DNA of 61,968 nucleotides, the filler included, from Porpidia crustulata (taxonomy: Eukaryota): the NCBI GenBank assembly GCA_964255105.1. It is 11 parts of 11 records of this genome, joined end to end, with 100 filler letters (N's around TTAATTAATTAA, not from the genome) between each part and the next. Parts side by side here need not be neighbours in the genome. Positions count along the whole stretch, not along the records: positions 33,910 to 39,446 come from CAXUWE010001776.1; positions 39,547 to 45,080 come from CAXUWE010001777.1; positions 45,181 to 50,714 come from CAXUWE010001778.1; 8 more parts are not named here. One strand, given 5' to 3'. Below, in pieces: positions 37,163 to 49,921 of this stretch. How positions within the stretch are numbered: the first letter of the stretch is position 1; each line of letters begins with the position of its first letter. Under the pieces are notes generated by a model. It was not told the DNA's origin. It did no database searches and saw only the letters and a program-made list of their open reading frames with translations. The translations under genes were made by a program, and so were the position numbers.

Positions 37163-37603
37163 AATGATATTAGTCCATGATACTTGGAAAAGGTGGTAAG
37201 AAGGGAGATAAAAAACGGTGATACCATGTTCTGATTCTACTAAATTTAGGACTGGAAGCCGCGCACAGAAGTCTCCGGGCCAGCTGAGCCGCCCGTTCAA
37301 AAGAATTCAGGCCATAACCAACGAAATATCGAGCGACATGCATCGTCCGGTTCCTTACTTAAACTTGAGTGCTGGATCTTTTACAGATGTGTTTGGTTCG
37401 TTTCATCGTAGAGCGCCACAGGCGCTTCCTAGCGCCTAACCGGCGGTCAGGAATTTCTCAGTTTGACCCTTACGCCTTCTCAGCCTTGCACTTGATAAAT
37501 CATAAGTGCCGATGCTCCCTCAGTTTCTCAATGGCAGCTATAGTGGCTACATTATTTACGCGCAAGGAATACAAACCACAGTCCAGTCTTGCGTTCAAGT
37601 CTC

Positions 37604-38878
37604 ATGAATCCATCTTCAACTACGTCTGTCTTCCCTACCTTTACGACCTCATCACAATCCTCTGGCAACTCAATCTCAGGCAAACGTGGCTGGGTGGACC
37701 AACCCGAAGAACGTGGAACTTTCGATATCATATGGAGCTGCGCTGCGACACTGTTCGTGTGCGTGTGGGTCATGTTGCATCTAAACGTTCCAGCAAAGGA
37801 CGATAGTTCTTGGATGCTCTTTCTACGGAAAGCAAGATGGCTTGGTCTAACAATAGTTGTACCAGAGCTTCTCATGCTATTTGCTAGTGGCCAATGGGCC
37901 TCCGCGAAGCGATCTGTCGCCGAGATGAGAGAAATAGGCTACGTCAATTGGTCATTGGTACACGCTTTCTATGCAGACAGTGGAGGATTCCTGCTGTGCG
38001 CTCGGAATAGTACGACGTTCCCAGTCACAGCGAAACAAATCTATTGCCTTGTAAAAATGAAATATTTGCCCATGCCAGCCATTACAAGAGAAGAAATCTG
38101 GGACAAGAGTAAGGCTGATAAGTTTGCAAAGACAATAGCAGGCCTACAGGCAAGCTGGCTTGTTACTTAGGTCATAGCTCGAGCATTACAGCGGCTTCCC
38201 ATCACGCTTCTCGAGCTTTCCACCGTGGCTCTGATCTCGTGTACAGGCGCGACGTTCTTCTTTTGGTTCTACAAGCCACTCAATGTTGACACCCCTACTG
38301 CTATTTACACGGATATGAGTATCGCAGAAATCCTCGTTCTTGCAGGCGACGAAGCTTCCACGACCTTTCGCGACACGCCGCTTGACTTTGTAGAGCCCCA
38401 GCTGTACACGTTAAGCCAAATGCCCCTACATCGCTGGTGGGGCGTCCAGCAACGGCCATTACCGCGTATACCGAATGATCGCGACTCCCGACTTCACAAT
38501 CTACAAGTATTGGTAGTCGTTGCCATACCAACAGCCAGCTTCTCCCTCCTTCACTTGGCCGCATGGAATTTCGAATTCCCTACTCGCTTCGAACAACTGT
38601 TATGGCGTTGGACTTGTATCTCGATGGGTACAATCCTAGGCATAGGGTGTTCGCTAGAAGCGGGATCTATCATCAAGGATAACTTTACAACGACTGGACT
38701 CACAAACCTGAACGGATACAAGTTGAAATGGCCAACAAATTTATTATTCTTCATACCCGGTGCGCTTTACATTTCTGCGCGTCTCATTGTCATTATAGAG
38801 ATTCTTATAAGCCTCCGTCTCCTCTCAAGCGGTTGTTTTCAAAATGTTCAGTGGATGAACGCCTTCCCGCACTTTTAG
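37604..38878 (+). pseudogene. Uncharacterised fungal multi-pass membrane protein with one nonsense codon
   Basis: GWVDQPEERGTFDIIWSC..TLFVCVW..LHLNVP, HAFYADSGGF, EIWDKSKADKFAK, SWLVT*VIARALQRLPITLLEL, HLAAWNFEFPTRFEQLLWR; in-frame TAG at 38168-38170. Confidence 0.78.
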
Positions 38879-38999
38879 TATCCCTGTATGTCCTTTTGCG
38901 ACGCCCTAGACGGATTTTATATAGCCCAGTCGAGCATCGATCACGCGTCATTTGTGATCAATCTACTCCATCTCTTAGCTGAGAAGTTTCTATCTCCCC

Positions 39000-39446
39000 T
39001 TACGTCAGCATGCGTGTTACTCTCTTTGAAGCCTCGACTGTTCGAATTTCCAACCCTCTTGAAGCTGTGGCCTGACAGCCAAGCCAGGCCGAGAGCAGAG
39101 CCTGGCGCCGCGAAATATCCTCAGATTCCGAGCCTGGGCATCCCGAGGAGGCTATGTGTACAATGAGTAGCATTTTCAATGAATTGCTTTGTTGAGCTCT
39201 CCGCTTGACTTTGGGTATCAGGCCGGCCAGAAAAAAGTTCCACACAATTCCGTGATCGCTTACCCAGGTCGACTGGGTGTAGTTGATATTCCCTAAAATA
39301 ATCCGGGATCAACAACCTCACGCAGCCCGCGTCGATTTCTCCCTCTTCCAAATCTTTCTCCACTGCCTTTTCAGATCAAGCATATCACTCTATCTCTCTT
39401 ACTCATCCCTAATCCCTCGACATAAATTCTCCAGGTCCCCCAAACC
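39000..39446 (-). CDS. 3' part of an unidentified spliced gene (5' truncated)
   Basis: Exon VRLLIPDYFREYQLHPVDL ends at a GTAAGC donor and continues in phase with ASSGCPG...RRQALLSAWLG; family not recognised. Confidence 0.4.
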
Positions 39447-39546
39447 NNNNNNNNNNNNNNNNNNNNNNNNNNNNNNNNNNNNNNNNNNNNTTAATTAATT
39501 AANNNNNNNNNNNNNNNNNNNNNNNNNNNNNNNNNNNNNNNNNNNN

Positions 39547-40497
39547 GGGTGGAGTAGGGTTGGCATAAGGGCGGGGAGCCGAGGCAAGGTCGGCGCGACG
39601 GTGGATGGCGTTGTTTGCGACCATTTTTTCTATGCCACGCTCTTCGCGTAGGGACCGGATCATATCTTGCATTTCGTCTGCACTCAACAGCGGTTGTGAG
39701 CAGAATGTACATGGTCCAATGCCTTCTTTTATACACACGATTTTCCCACAGTTGAGGCAGTTAGGAGCGGCGGCGAGAAGTGGGTGGCGTGTGGCTAGGC
39801 AGTCACAACGGCGGGAGGCAGGGTTTGTGGTTGATAGAGAGGGATTGGTCTGGAGTTCGAGTGTTCGAATGGCGGAGTCAAGGTCCGCAAGGGTTGTGGA
39901 CGGGGCGTGCATTGAGGGGCCACCTGACAGGTTTACTTTAGTCTTCGGCGCGGGAGAGGCAGTCCTAGAAGAGGGAAGGGAGCGGGTGCTGGTATGGACA
40001 TTGGGGAGATCAGATATTAAGGGACCAGATGCTGAAGGGGGAGGCTTTGTGGCTTTCGTGGTTGAGGGGCGTTGGCGCACCTCTGGCTTTTCGGACAGGG
40101 CAAGGGTATTTGTAAGAGGAAGTTCTTTATACGAGTGATGAGACCCAGCCATGTAGTCTTGTTCATCTTTCTTGTTGTATGCACCAGCAGTGTTGCCATA
40201 GTCTTCTGGCTTCCGGGGAGGAGGAAGTTTATTAAGAGGTGCTTTCTTTTTCCGCGGCCTGCGTGACGTTCCCGCGGCTTCTGAGGTTGGTATAGAAGGT
40301 TCTTGGGCAGTGCGGCGGGAATTGAAGGAGGTGATGAATTCTAGAGCTTTTGGAGAATCGCCAAGCAGGTCCTTGAGATGCTGAGCAGCGGCATCTTTAG
40401 GTAGAGAGGTGGTATAGTCGATGATTTGTTTGAGAGATTCCTCATCAAGAGGGAGAAGTTGGGCTATCTGGGACATTGCCCTTGTCGACGAAGTCAT
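39547..40497 (-). CDS. RQT4: zf-C2HC5 protein, Rqt4/TRIP4 (ASC-1) homologue (3' truncated)
   Basis: CDCLATRHPLLAAAPNCLNCGKIVCIKEGIGPCTFCSQPLL zinc finger; LLPLDEESLKQII N-terminus. Confidence 0.85.
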
Positions 40498-40739
40498 GGT
40501 GAACTCGGTGGATATCAGACCGATCTAGGTAGACGAAAGATTCGAACGTCAGTCCGGAAGATCTCCCAGTCCGCTAGACTGCCTACGGGTTGGTGCTACT
40601 CTTTCCACCCCCCAACGGTCCGCCCAATTAAAACTGGTCGATATAACCCTAACCCTAGGTGAGATGGACCGTTGGTGGGTGCGGACTGTCCGGGGTGGGA
40701 ACTAGCACGCTTATGTAGGCTTGCCGTCTCCCTTGTTTA

Positions 40740-41040
40740 CTACGATATCCGGGGGAATAATTGTTAGTAGGTGGCTTTTGACTATACTCGATTTGACATC
40801 GTTTACGGCCAGTATATCTATCCTAATATCTAGTATGTTCTCCTTTTGAATCAATAACGGCCTGGCAACGAGCATGTATAGTGTCAGGTGCTTGAGCAGA
40901 TGCTTGAGCAGATAATTGAATGATTGATCGAACAGGTGAAATTTTGCTGAATTAAGGGCCGGATATTCTGACATTGAAAATCACACCCTAGCAGAGGGGC
41001 TTAGCGAGTGTACTAACAATTATTCCTCCGGATACCGTAG
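40740..41040. mobile_element. MITE, 301 bp, Tc1/mariner-type
   Basis: 30-bp TIRs (40740-40769 and 41011-41040, 28/30 identical); TA on both sides (40738-39, 41041-42); no recognisable transposase. Confidence 0.88.
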
Positions 41041-43363
41041 TACAATTGCAATACGTTAGTAAAGCCTGTCACGACAAGCGTTTAGAGAGTTCCTGTCGAC
41101 TTCACACAATAGACTCTTCAAGTTCATTGACTGCTTCGTAAGTCTTCCTAGGATTCGGTTTTTGATAGAGAATATTGTCCAGCATAAGCAGTCGTGCAAG
41201 GATAATAAGATTGAAATATGATGGAAAATCACGAAGACTCAAGCACATGTCCGGATTTTGCAGTCAGGACCATGTTCTTCCTACCTATCGTTGTATGATA
41301 TGCCGCTTGACGGCTACTAGCATTCTTATCTCGGTTGCTCAGTTTCATATGGATCTCCGTCTTCATGTTGTACCTAATCGTGCATCGCGGGACGATGAAA
41401 TCTATGGTGGGATAATGTCGACTAAGCCATCATCGAGAAACGTGTCAAAGTACTGTAGGATGTTCATGGGAAGGACTTGTTACATTAGCTTGACGTTGGG
41501 ACATATATGAAGAGCATACTATTTCTATAAAGAAACAACCTCATGAATGGACTGATCGTCAACGCGCATGTCGGATCAATCTGAATGATAATCGTCGGTG
41601 GATTGCGGCGAAGCCATCTACATATACCCAAAGTACATTTCAATTGCGATACACGGTGGGGGAAGGCAGTCCATGACCGATGCTATACGGAAGAATTTAA
41701 TTCGTGTGAACAACGGCATGAGGCAAAGAGCTGAGGCTGTAGGTTGCGCCGCAGGGTTTCAACTCCTTTCTTATCAACCATTGCGGCAGGATTCGCACCA
41801 GAAGCCACTCCCGTCGATCAGTGCATGATTTGCAGGCTAAGTATGGTATGGAATTTTGACAAACGGCGTGCGTCTGCGAAGCGCTGATATTATGCCTCCA
41901 TGGTAAGGATTCATAGTACCTTCACTACCGCATTCAGCAGCTTTTTCCTACCTATTTACCTAGCTCAATCATAGCTCAATCACGACTTTTCGAGGTGCTC
42001 AAGCTCCCTTTTCCCATTTAGTATTGCAAGTGATTATATGACGCATTATCGACAGATTTAGCTAAGACCTTGGTTCTTGGCCAGGAACTTGGAAGGTAAT
42101 CTAATTGTGCGCGGTACAATTGGGAACATTGAAGGCATTTGGGTCAGGTGCCGAAGATGCAAGTAACACACAGTAGACGTCATAGTCAGTGCATCTATTG
42201 TATATGACGAAGTCTGTTGGACATACTCTTCGCCGCCGCATCCGGGCTTCCTCGCTGCTCTCACGAGAACTGATGTGGAGAGGTTGAGCCCTTGAACGGG
42301 AGTCCTGAGCAAAAGCTTGGCACGGGATTGCACCAGAAGTAGACTAGTGTGATCACGAGCCTAGAGTGCAAATATCACAGTGCGGCGCGTAAATGCGACA
42401 CCAAGGCATCTCGAATATCTCATTCGTCCGCGAAACTGAAGCTGAACCCTGCTGCTGTGCATATCTCCTGCTTCTGTCACGGCCCGCAGTGCTCCCAGCT
42501 AGCGAATCATGTCCCTCCTACTGCAAAGCCTAGACGAGCCGACCGTCCCGAGTCTGGTGGCCTTCTGCTTGATTCGACTGTGAGTCTGTACCCCCGCAAG
42601 ATACAGACAACCATGGACTGGCATTTATACTCTATGCAGTATGGCAAGTACTACTACTGCTGCCAAGAGCAGTGGTGGGTGCAGATTCGAGAATCCTGAT
42701 GGAGGGAACAGTTACGATTGCGCGCAGGCTCGAGTCATCATCCCAATCGACATGCCACGAGCGGTATGGTCTACGTTGCTACCAAAGACCTTAGTTCCAG
42801 GCACAATTAACCATCACATGTGGCAAGCGCCAATAGCGATCTGAAGCGTGGGCGGTTGGCCCAAAGACGTGGACTTCTCCGCTTTGCGACGCAAGGAGCA
42901 TATACCCATCGATAACCCCGGAGAATTTGCTGATAACAACGTTTTGCGCAATATCTGTTGAACAGAGAAAAGAGACCTCCCGACGGCCCTCTTCGCCCCA
43001 CGATCGTTGCTCTCTCTCTGGCCAGGATCTGGAATCCTTAATGTGTCACTCTGGGTCAATTGGCATAGCATGGTGTTCTCGATAATTCAAAAGAAATAGA
43101 AGAAATTGGTGCAGGAATTGGTTACTCTGGCATATTTATTGGGACCAAAGAGCGATTGGCGCATGCTATAAGAGTCCTCGACTTCATCAAGAGAATCTGA
43201 GCCCCACTCACCATAGGACCATTCACCAGCGTTTACGACGACCGTGCCATTCGATCGGACGATACCAACCTCTTCTAAATAGCAAATACCTGTCGGCGCT
43301 CATGAACGCATGCGCATAGTCCTAGTCTTCAATTTGGGCCCGGCGAGGTCCTAGGTCGCCACA

Positions 43364-45080
43364 ATGCCTTACCTACCTATAGATGACTCGGTATTTCTGA
43401 AGGGCAACCACCTAGTTGAGCGAATAAAGATACCGATGAATACCAGTAGCCCGCCTGGGCTGATTGCAGCCAGTAAACAGGATCCGTGGTCTCAATCTGG
43501 GAATTACGCACTCGGCTGGGTGTACTTTTCGGTTATCTTACTAGTGATAACATGCTGTATCCATTGGTATCATTGGGGGACGGATAGAATACGAAGGGCA
43601 ACACACAAGGAAGAGGTGGCCAAATCATCGAAAGATTCATCGCCTGATAGCGATTATGAAATGGCAAATCTGCCCACGGCGAGCTCAACCCGAAAGTTCT
43701 TTCCAGGAAGCGGTGAACTACCTAAAGAGTCGGCGGAGGATGCATCGGTCATGTCCTTTTCGCCATTGAACAAGGCAGTAGCTGCTATGCGATTTATTAC
43801 CTACCGACCTCTGCCAGTCCTACGGTTCTGGAAGCTATCCGTTGCTTTTCCTTCCGTGGGAGTCGTGGCAATTGTTTCTGCGGCCGTCGTCTTTGTGACG
43901 CTTTATTGTTTCATTCCACAGCCGTTGTACTACGCCAGTATCGCCTTTGGATCTCCACCAGTAGCGATCCGAGCCGGGATGCTTGCTGTTGCCTTGATGC
44001 CATGGATTGTTGCCCTGAGTATGAAAGCGAACCTGGTGACTATGCTTACAGGAATCGGGCACGAGCGGCTCAACGTTCTACATAGATGGGGTGGCTATCT
44101 ATGCCTTTCCTTGAGTTTGATACATACGATACCGTTCTATATCACTCCAACCTGGGACCAAGGGGGCCTTGCGGTATTCAAAAGCTTCTTCACAGGTCAA
44201 TACTATATATACGGCACCGGCATTGCCGCTCTGGTACCGCTGATCTTCCTCTGCATACATTCTCTACCATTTCTGCGATCCTGGATGTACGAGCTCTTCG
44301 TCGCAGTGCATGTCCCAGTTTCGATCATTTTTCTCGGGATGATGTTCTGGCATTGCCATAATTACCTAACCTCATGGAATTATCTCTTCGCTACTGCAGC
44401 GATATGGTTCCTGTCTTATTGTGTTCGGTTGTTCTACCTCAATTGGACTAACCCGAGGCGATTCTCATGGCTCATCGGCGAGGAGTCGGCAGTCACCATT
44501 CTTCCGGAGAATGCCATCAAGGTCACCATCCCAACTCAAGTCAAGTGGAGGCCTGGGCAATATGTGTACTTGAGGATGCCAGGAATCTCCGTATTCGAAA
44601 ATCATCCGTTTACTATAGCATCTCTATGCAGCGACGATTTTCCGTCTGAATATAGTGAACAGTACCGAGATATGACTTTGGTCTTTCGACCATTTGGTGG
44701 CTTCACCAAGAAAGTACTCAATGCTGCCATCGACGACGGTCCGATGAAGACCTACCGAGCCTTCATTGACGGTCCCTACGGCGGTATGCAGCGCGACCTT
44801 GCATCCTTTGACACCGTCATCCTATTTGCCGGCGGCAGTGGTATTACCGCCATCGTCTCGCAGCTCCTCGACCTCATTAAGAAGATGCGCGACGGCAAGG
44901 CCGTCACCAAGCAAGTCCACGTCGTTTGGGCTCTCAAACGCCCCGAAACCATGGAATGGTTCAAAGAAGAACTTCGCATCTGCCGCGAGTTCGCCCCCTT
45001 GGAGACAGTTCACTGCCAATTCTTCATCACCGCCGCCAAACGTACCCTCCCTGGCGCCAACCACCCCCCTCCGTCTCCCT
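43364..45080 (+). CDS. Ferric/cupric reductase transmembrane component, FRE family (3' truncated)
   Basis: GHERLNVLHRWGG and further haem His residues; WRPGQYVYL, ENHPFTIAS (FAD); IDGPYGG, LFAGGSGIT (NADPH). Confidence 0.92.
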
Positions 45081-45788
45081 NNNNNNNNNNNNNNNNNNNN
45101 NNNNNNNNNNNNNNNNNNNNNNNNTTAATTAATTAANNNNNNNNNNNNNNNNNNNNNNNNNNNNNNNNNNNNNNNNNNNNCTGCTGCGGGGGTGAGGAAG
45201 ATACTTGTGCAAGGCATGAGGGATTACGAGGATGCGGATTGAGACGTTCCTTGCAGAGATATTTGTTGGGAGACGCTCGTGGACGTACTGAGCTTATTCC
45301 GGCTTCTACACCAATTAGGAGACGTAACGTCTCCGGGAAAATGTCGAGGAACAGAATCGGTGCAGACACCTCTGAGGCAGGAACTTTACACCATTTTGAA
45401 CCGAGAAGATGATGCTCAAGGGCCAATGCGGGAGTTGTGATACTTGGGGCTGAAGAGACGGTGGTGGGGAGGGTGACGTGTAAAGGAGGTAGAGACATGA
45501 TGCCGAGTCCACGGGTGTCTATACTAGAATAGATCAATAGGGAAACGCAAAGCCGACCAAAGTCACGTAGAAGACCCAGTCGACACAAAGAACCTAATTC
45601 GTATTGCATTTCACGAGTCTGTCTAAAGCACTTCGAATGTGTGTCCACCTTTCAAATGATATCCTCCTTGCAAATAACAATCCCAAAGAAAACCCCACGA
45701 TCTTGAATAGCGACTTTTGCTGCCCGGAGGAGAGACGACATAGGAGAGCACAAACTAGGAGAGACGTCACGGCTGGATCTGCGCCAGC

Positions 45789-47691
45789 TCACTGCGACAT
45801 ATAGGTCTCCGGTTTCACGCCCTCCGCTGGATATTCGGGTAAAGACGTTTCAAAGCGTTCCTCGATTCGTTTCAAGGCTTCCTCGTCTTCTGGGCTGCTG
45901 ACGAAGCTGATACTGACTCCACGAGTGCCGAAGCGCCCTGCACGGCCAACGCGATGGAGATAAGAGTCGGCATCGCTTGGCAGGTCGTAATTGATGGCCA
46001 GATTGATACGCTCGATATCGATACCGCGGCCGAAGACATCAGTGGCGACGCAGATACGCTTGGCAAAATCTCGGAACTCGGAATAGCGTTTGATACTAAA
46101 TCTTATCAGCTAGGCTCCTCTCAAGGTAATCGAAGGGCCTACCGCTCTTCCTGGCTAACACCTGAATGGACTGCGATACTAGGGAAATTGCATTCCCGAA
46201 GAATTTTGTCAAGTTCTGTTGCTCGGAGAGTGCTCTTCACAAAGATGATGACTTGATTGAATCCGATCGAGTCCAGTAGCTCGTTTAGCTTTCGGTTCTT
46301 CTCCGATTCGCTAAGCTTGATGTAGAACTGATGTAGACCATGTAGAGTGAGTTTTGCCTCGGCGCTATCGATGTAGATTTCCAGGGGATTCTGCATGAAC
46401 TTTTTGCAAATTGGACGAATCTCCGGAGAGAGCGTAGCGCTGAACATCATGACTTGCTTTTGAGTGGGCGTAGCTCGGAAAATGTCCTGAACATCGCGTC
46501 GCATGTCTGCAACGGCTCAGCTTTGTTGCCACGGGGGAGGAATAGTTGGGTGTTTTACCTATCTGATCCAACATCTTGTCGCATTCGTCGAGTACGAACA
46601 TCTTGACGTTACCTAGACGAAGCTTTTTCTCTCGCACAAGAGCATTCAATCGACCCGGCGTTGCCACTATGATGTGGGGATGCGTCTCCTTATTCGCTAA
46701 CATTTCGACGTCCTTCTGAATTGGCGTTCCACCATAGAATACCGCCGTCTTCACATCCTTCAAATACCTGCTGAACCGAGCATACTCGTTTTTGATCTGG
46801 TATGCGAGTTCTCGGGTATGACACATAATAAGGACCGAGCATTCGCCTTGCACAGGCTCGATTAATTGGAGTGTTGTGAGGACGAAGACGGCGGTCTTTC
46901 CCATGCCGGATTTGGCCTGGCAGAGGACATCGGTACCGAGGATTGCTTGAGGAATGCAGGCTTGCTGGACTGTAGTGAAACGATGCCGATGTTAGATTTG
47001 TTTCGCCAAAAAATGTAGTGAAGTGCCCAGTCCATGTCACATCCGTCCATCTCGCGTTTTGAAAGTGCTGAAGAAAAGTTTCTGAAATCTTCACCGCAGC
47101 GGAGCAAACAATTCGCAAAGCTTCAAAATGATATGCAAGGGATCTTAAGCATACGCCGAATGCACATCACAGGCGGCCTCGGAAGTCTCTGGTATTGCAT
47201 CCTTTGGAGAACCCCAATTCTTGTCATCATTGGAAACGATGACAAAACAGGCAAGATCTCCTCAATCCATCATTACTCCGATCAAATAACATGCAGGCGG
47301 AATACAGTGTAATGAGATCCGTAGAGACTTCCTTGGACCGCCTGTAGCCCTGATAACATAGCGGAGCAATTTTATTCTGCGAAGATGGACGGATGGATGG
47401 ACACAGTAGGCACTAGGAGGAGCTTGGGAGGAGAAGTGGTGACTGACCATCCGATGGATGCTCGAACGCACAGTCCACGATGGCCCGCAGGAGCTCTGGC
47501 TTCAACAAGAAATCTCGGAACCCGGTCAAGTGGACACCGACATAGCTTCCCTTTGTATTGCCTCCAGATACTAATAGGTCGCCCTTTTTTGTAACCCCGT
47601 TGGTGGCTGTTGCTGGTTGTTCTGTTGCCGCAGCGTCGTTGGTTTGGAGCTCTTCATCCGAGTAATCGATAAGATCTTCCTCAGCCGACAT
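45789..47691 (-). CDS. SUB2: DECD-box RNA helicase Sub2/UAP56 (introns 47447-46970, 46558-46507, 46142-46096)
   Basis: [77 protein letters not shown]. Confidence 0.96.
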
Positions 47692-48102
47692 TTTGTTGAT
47701 AGAGTAGAATTGGAGCTGTGATTAAAGGGAGTATTCAAGGAGAGATGATTCGAGGAGGATGTCCTGTAGGAAGAAAATCCGGCAAGGCGGCAGTATTTTC
47801 GCGGCTGTAAGACTCAGGCCCCGCTTGCAGATGTTGACGACTAAGCCTCAGTATACAGGAACTGATAGTCGTGAGGTCGAATAGAACAGATCAAAACAAG
47901 GGAACGATATGGCCGCTCGAAGGTTATGCTATGTTGTCGTTGATGTGAGCTATGTGTTGAACAAGCGCAAGAATCGAAAACAGCGAAAAGAGATGGCGCT
48001 AGTCCTATCGCGGCATCACTAGCGTTCGACTCACCCCTCATTCGACAGCTTCTTCACCAAACCCACCAGCATGGACGTAATCGGACCCAAGGGAGTTTCA
48101 CA

Positions 48103-48624
48103 ATGATCAAAGCCAAGGCGACTGGTTTGAAAGACACAGCGAATGCTTCCAAGAAGCATCTCCAGGCTAGGATATCTTTCCTGCACCAAGCTGCTACATG
48201 TATGACCCAGATCGCAGTGACACAAAAGAAACCCAAACTCGAGTCTATGGGCATATCGGAGGATATCCAAACGTGTGAAGCCCGCGCCCCCTTAGAAGAC
48301 ACAGATGTCGCCATAGCCGATAAGCCGGAAGGCGATCCCCACTCCAACGCTTTTGGAATGCCTTGCCACCTGCTGTCTCATCTTCGAACTATCTCGAGGA
48401 AGAGTCAGATACGACTTTCTCCTGCGACGAAAAATGCAATTTGCAAGCGCTGCGGTGTTTTGAAAATCCCAGGCTCTACATCAACGTCGAGAACGGAGAA
48501 CAAAAGCCGGGGTGGGAAGAAGCCATGGGCTGATGTAGTTGTGGTGACCTGCAATATTTGCGGTACCGCCAAGCGCTTTCCTGTGGGCGCGAAACGACAG
48601 TCAAGACGATCTGAGAGATCTTAA
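48103..48624 (+). CDS. RPR2: RNase P subunit Rpr2/Rpp21
   Basis: LQARISFLHQAA, ISRKSQIRLS...K..ICKRC, PWADVVVVTCNICGTAKRFP zinc ribbon. Confidence 0.85.
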   Translation: MIKAKATGLKDTANASKKHLQARISFLHQAATCMTQIAVTQKKPKLESMGISEDIQTCEARAPLEDTDVAIADKPEGDPHSNAFGMPCHLLSHLRTISRKSQIRLSPATKNAICKRCGVLKIPGSTSTSRTENKSRGGKKPWADVVVVTCNICGTAKRFPVGAKRQSRRSERS

Positions 48625-49202
48625 GAACCTGGAAAAAGAATCATGCAAGATAAGGTTGTCAATCTTGCTAATTCTGCTCATACTCGATTTGAAGATAGAC
48701 CACTATAGAGCATGTTCATCGCTCGATTGTCCAACGTTTCATGCTTGTCCATGGCTACCTAAATCTCAGCTGGCAGATTCATCACGCTTTGACCCTTTAC
48801 ATTCACATTAACACTGAATCCAGACGACTATGCACATCACGCAGTCTATAAGTTGTCCAAGCGTGCACAGGCACTGATCGTCTGCCTGGCGATTTTGGAT
48901 TTAATCTGGATCCGACTCGAAGTCCCATGTTGTCCTGGTCGGTTGCAGCTTCTGTCTAACATAGTAATATCTAGCAAGTATGGTTCCCCAACAAAAACCT
49001 ATCCTTACGGCTTCCTTAGAGATGAGTAGACTGAAAAGCTTCAGACAAAGGAACACTCGAATCACAGATCTCTCAATATATCTCCATTCGACGATCCCGA
49101 GCATCTACCTAATAGTCTCGCTAAGATGTCCATTCGATAGTTCCGAATTACTCAGAGCGTTACCATCCCCTCCACTTCTTCCATGAAGCTACAAGAAGAC
49201 AC

Positions 49203-49921
49203 TCATTTCCCCTTCTCCGGCCTCACCATAACATAATGAAGATGAATCCCTTCGCCTCCAAACCTCGAAGCATCCATATCCAACGTCTCAAGATCCTCAA
49301 ACCCCATACTCTGATAAAGCCGATGCCCCTGCGGAGACCCCTCCAAATAACACGGTAATCCCATTCCATCCGCAAGTTCGGTCCCGTGCTGCACCAGCAC
49401 CCTCCCCGCTCCTCGACGCTGGTGCTCCGGGTTCGTCATCAACAAGTTCAGCACTACACATCAACGCATTAGATCAACATCCCTCGAGCCCCCACACCAC
49501 AACCCTATCATCCTGGAAAGAAAAAATCCTCACAGCAGTGCGCCTTCCCACCCATAATCCTCTGCCGCTTTTCACACACCGCCGTCAAAAACGCATCCCC
49601 AGCCTCCATATTGGTCCCGGCATCCCACTCCCTCTTCTCCTCCTTCTTCCACTCGCTTTCGGGCCTCTCGGTTTTATAAACGTACCACTTGGCAAACGCG
49701 ACGATTTCCTGGATCTCGGTGTCGGTCACCTTCATCACCATAACCGACGCGTTCGTACGCATATCTTTCTCCCAGCGCTCGATCGATGGTTTTCGATCGG
49801 ACGCGCTCGGGATCGTAGGGAACACGATTCGATACCAGGGGTCGGAGGCCATGGTGATGTAGTTGACCTGGATCAAGCGCTCGATATCCGCCTCACTGGC
49901 TTTTTCCAAAACCAAAACCAT
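49203..49921 (-). CDS. GNAT family N-acetyltransferase (intron 49533-49454)
   Basis: IVAFAKW; LMTNPEHQRRGAG acetyl-CoA motif; YLEGSPQGHRLYQSMGF. Confidence 0.9.

Noticed and set aside
35753..38878. MpaB-like gene as part of a mycophenolate-type secondary-metabolite cluster
   Set aside because: No PKS, prenyltransferase or other tailoring gene on this contig; MpaB-like genes commonly stand alone.
40645..40658. TAACCCTAACCCTA telomere-like sequence
   Set aside because: Only about two units, internal; not a telomere.
42905..43090. GATAA motifs upstream of the ferric reductase as iron-responsive SreA sites
   Set aside because: Short motifs expected by chance and not a full ATCWGATAA match; plausible but unsupported.
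47221..47245. ATGATGA C-box in the SUB2 intron as a C/D snoRNA
   Set aside because: No downstream CTGA D-box found on that strand, and the motif is buried in a hairpin.
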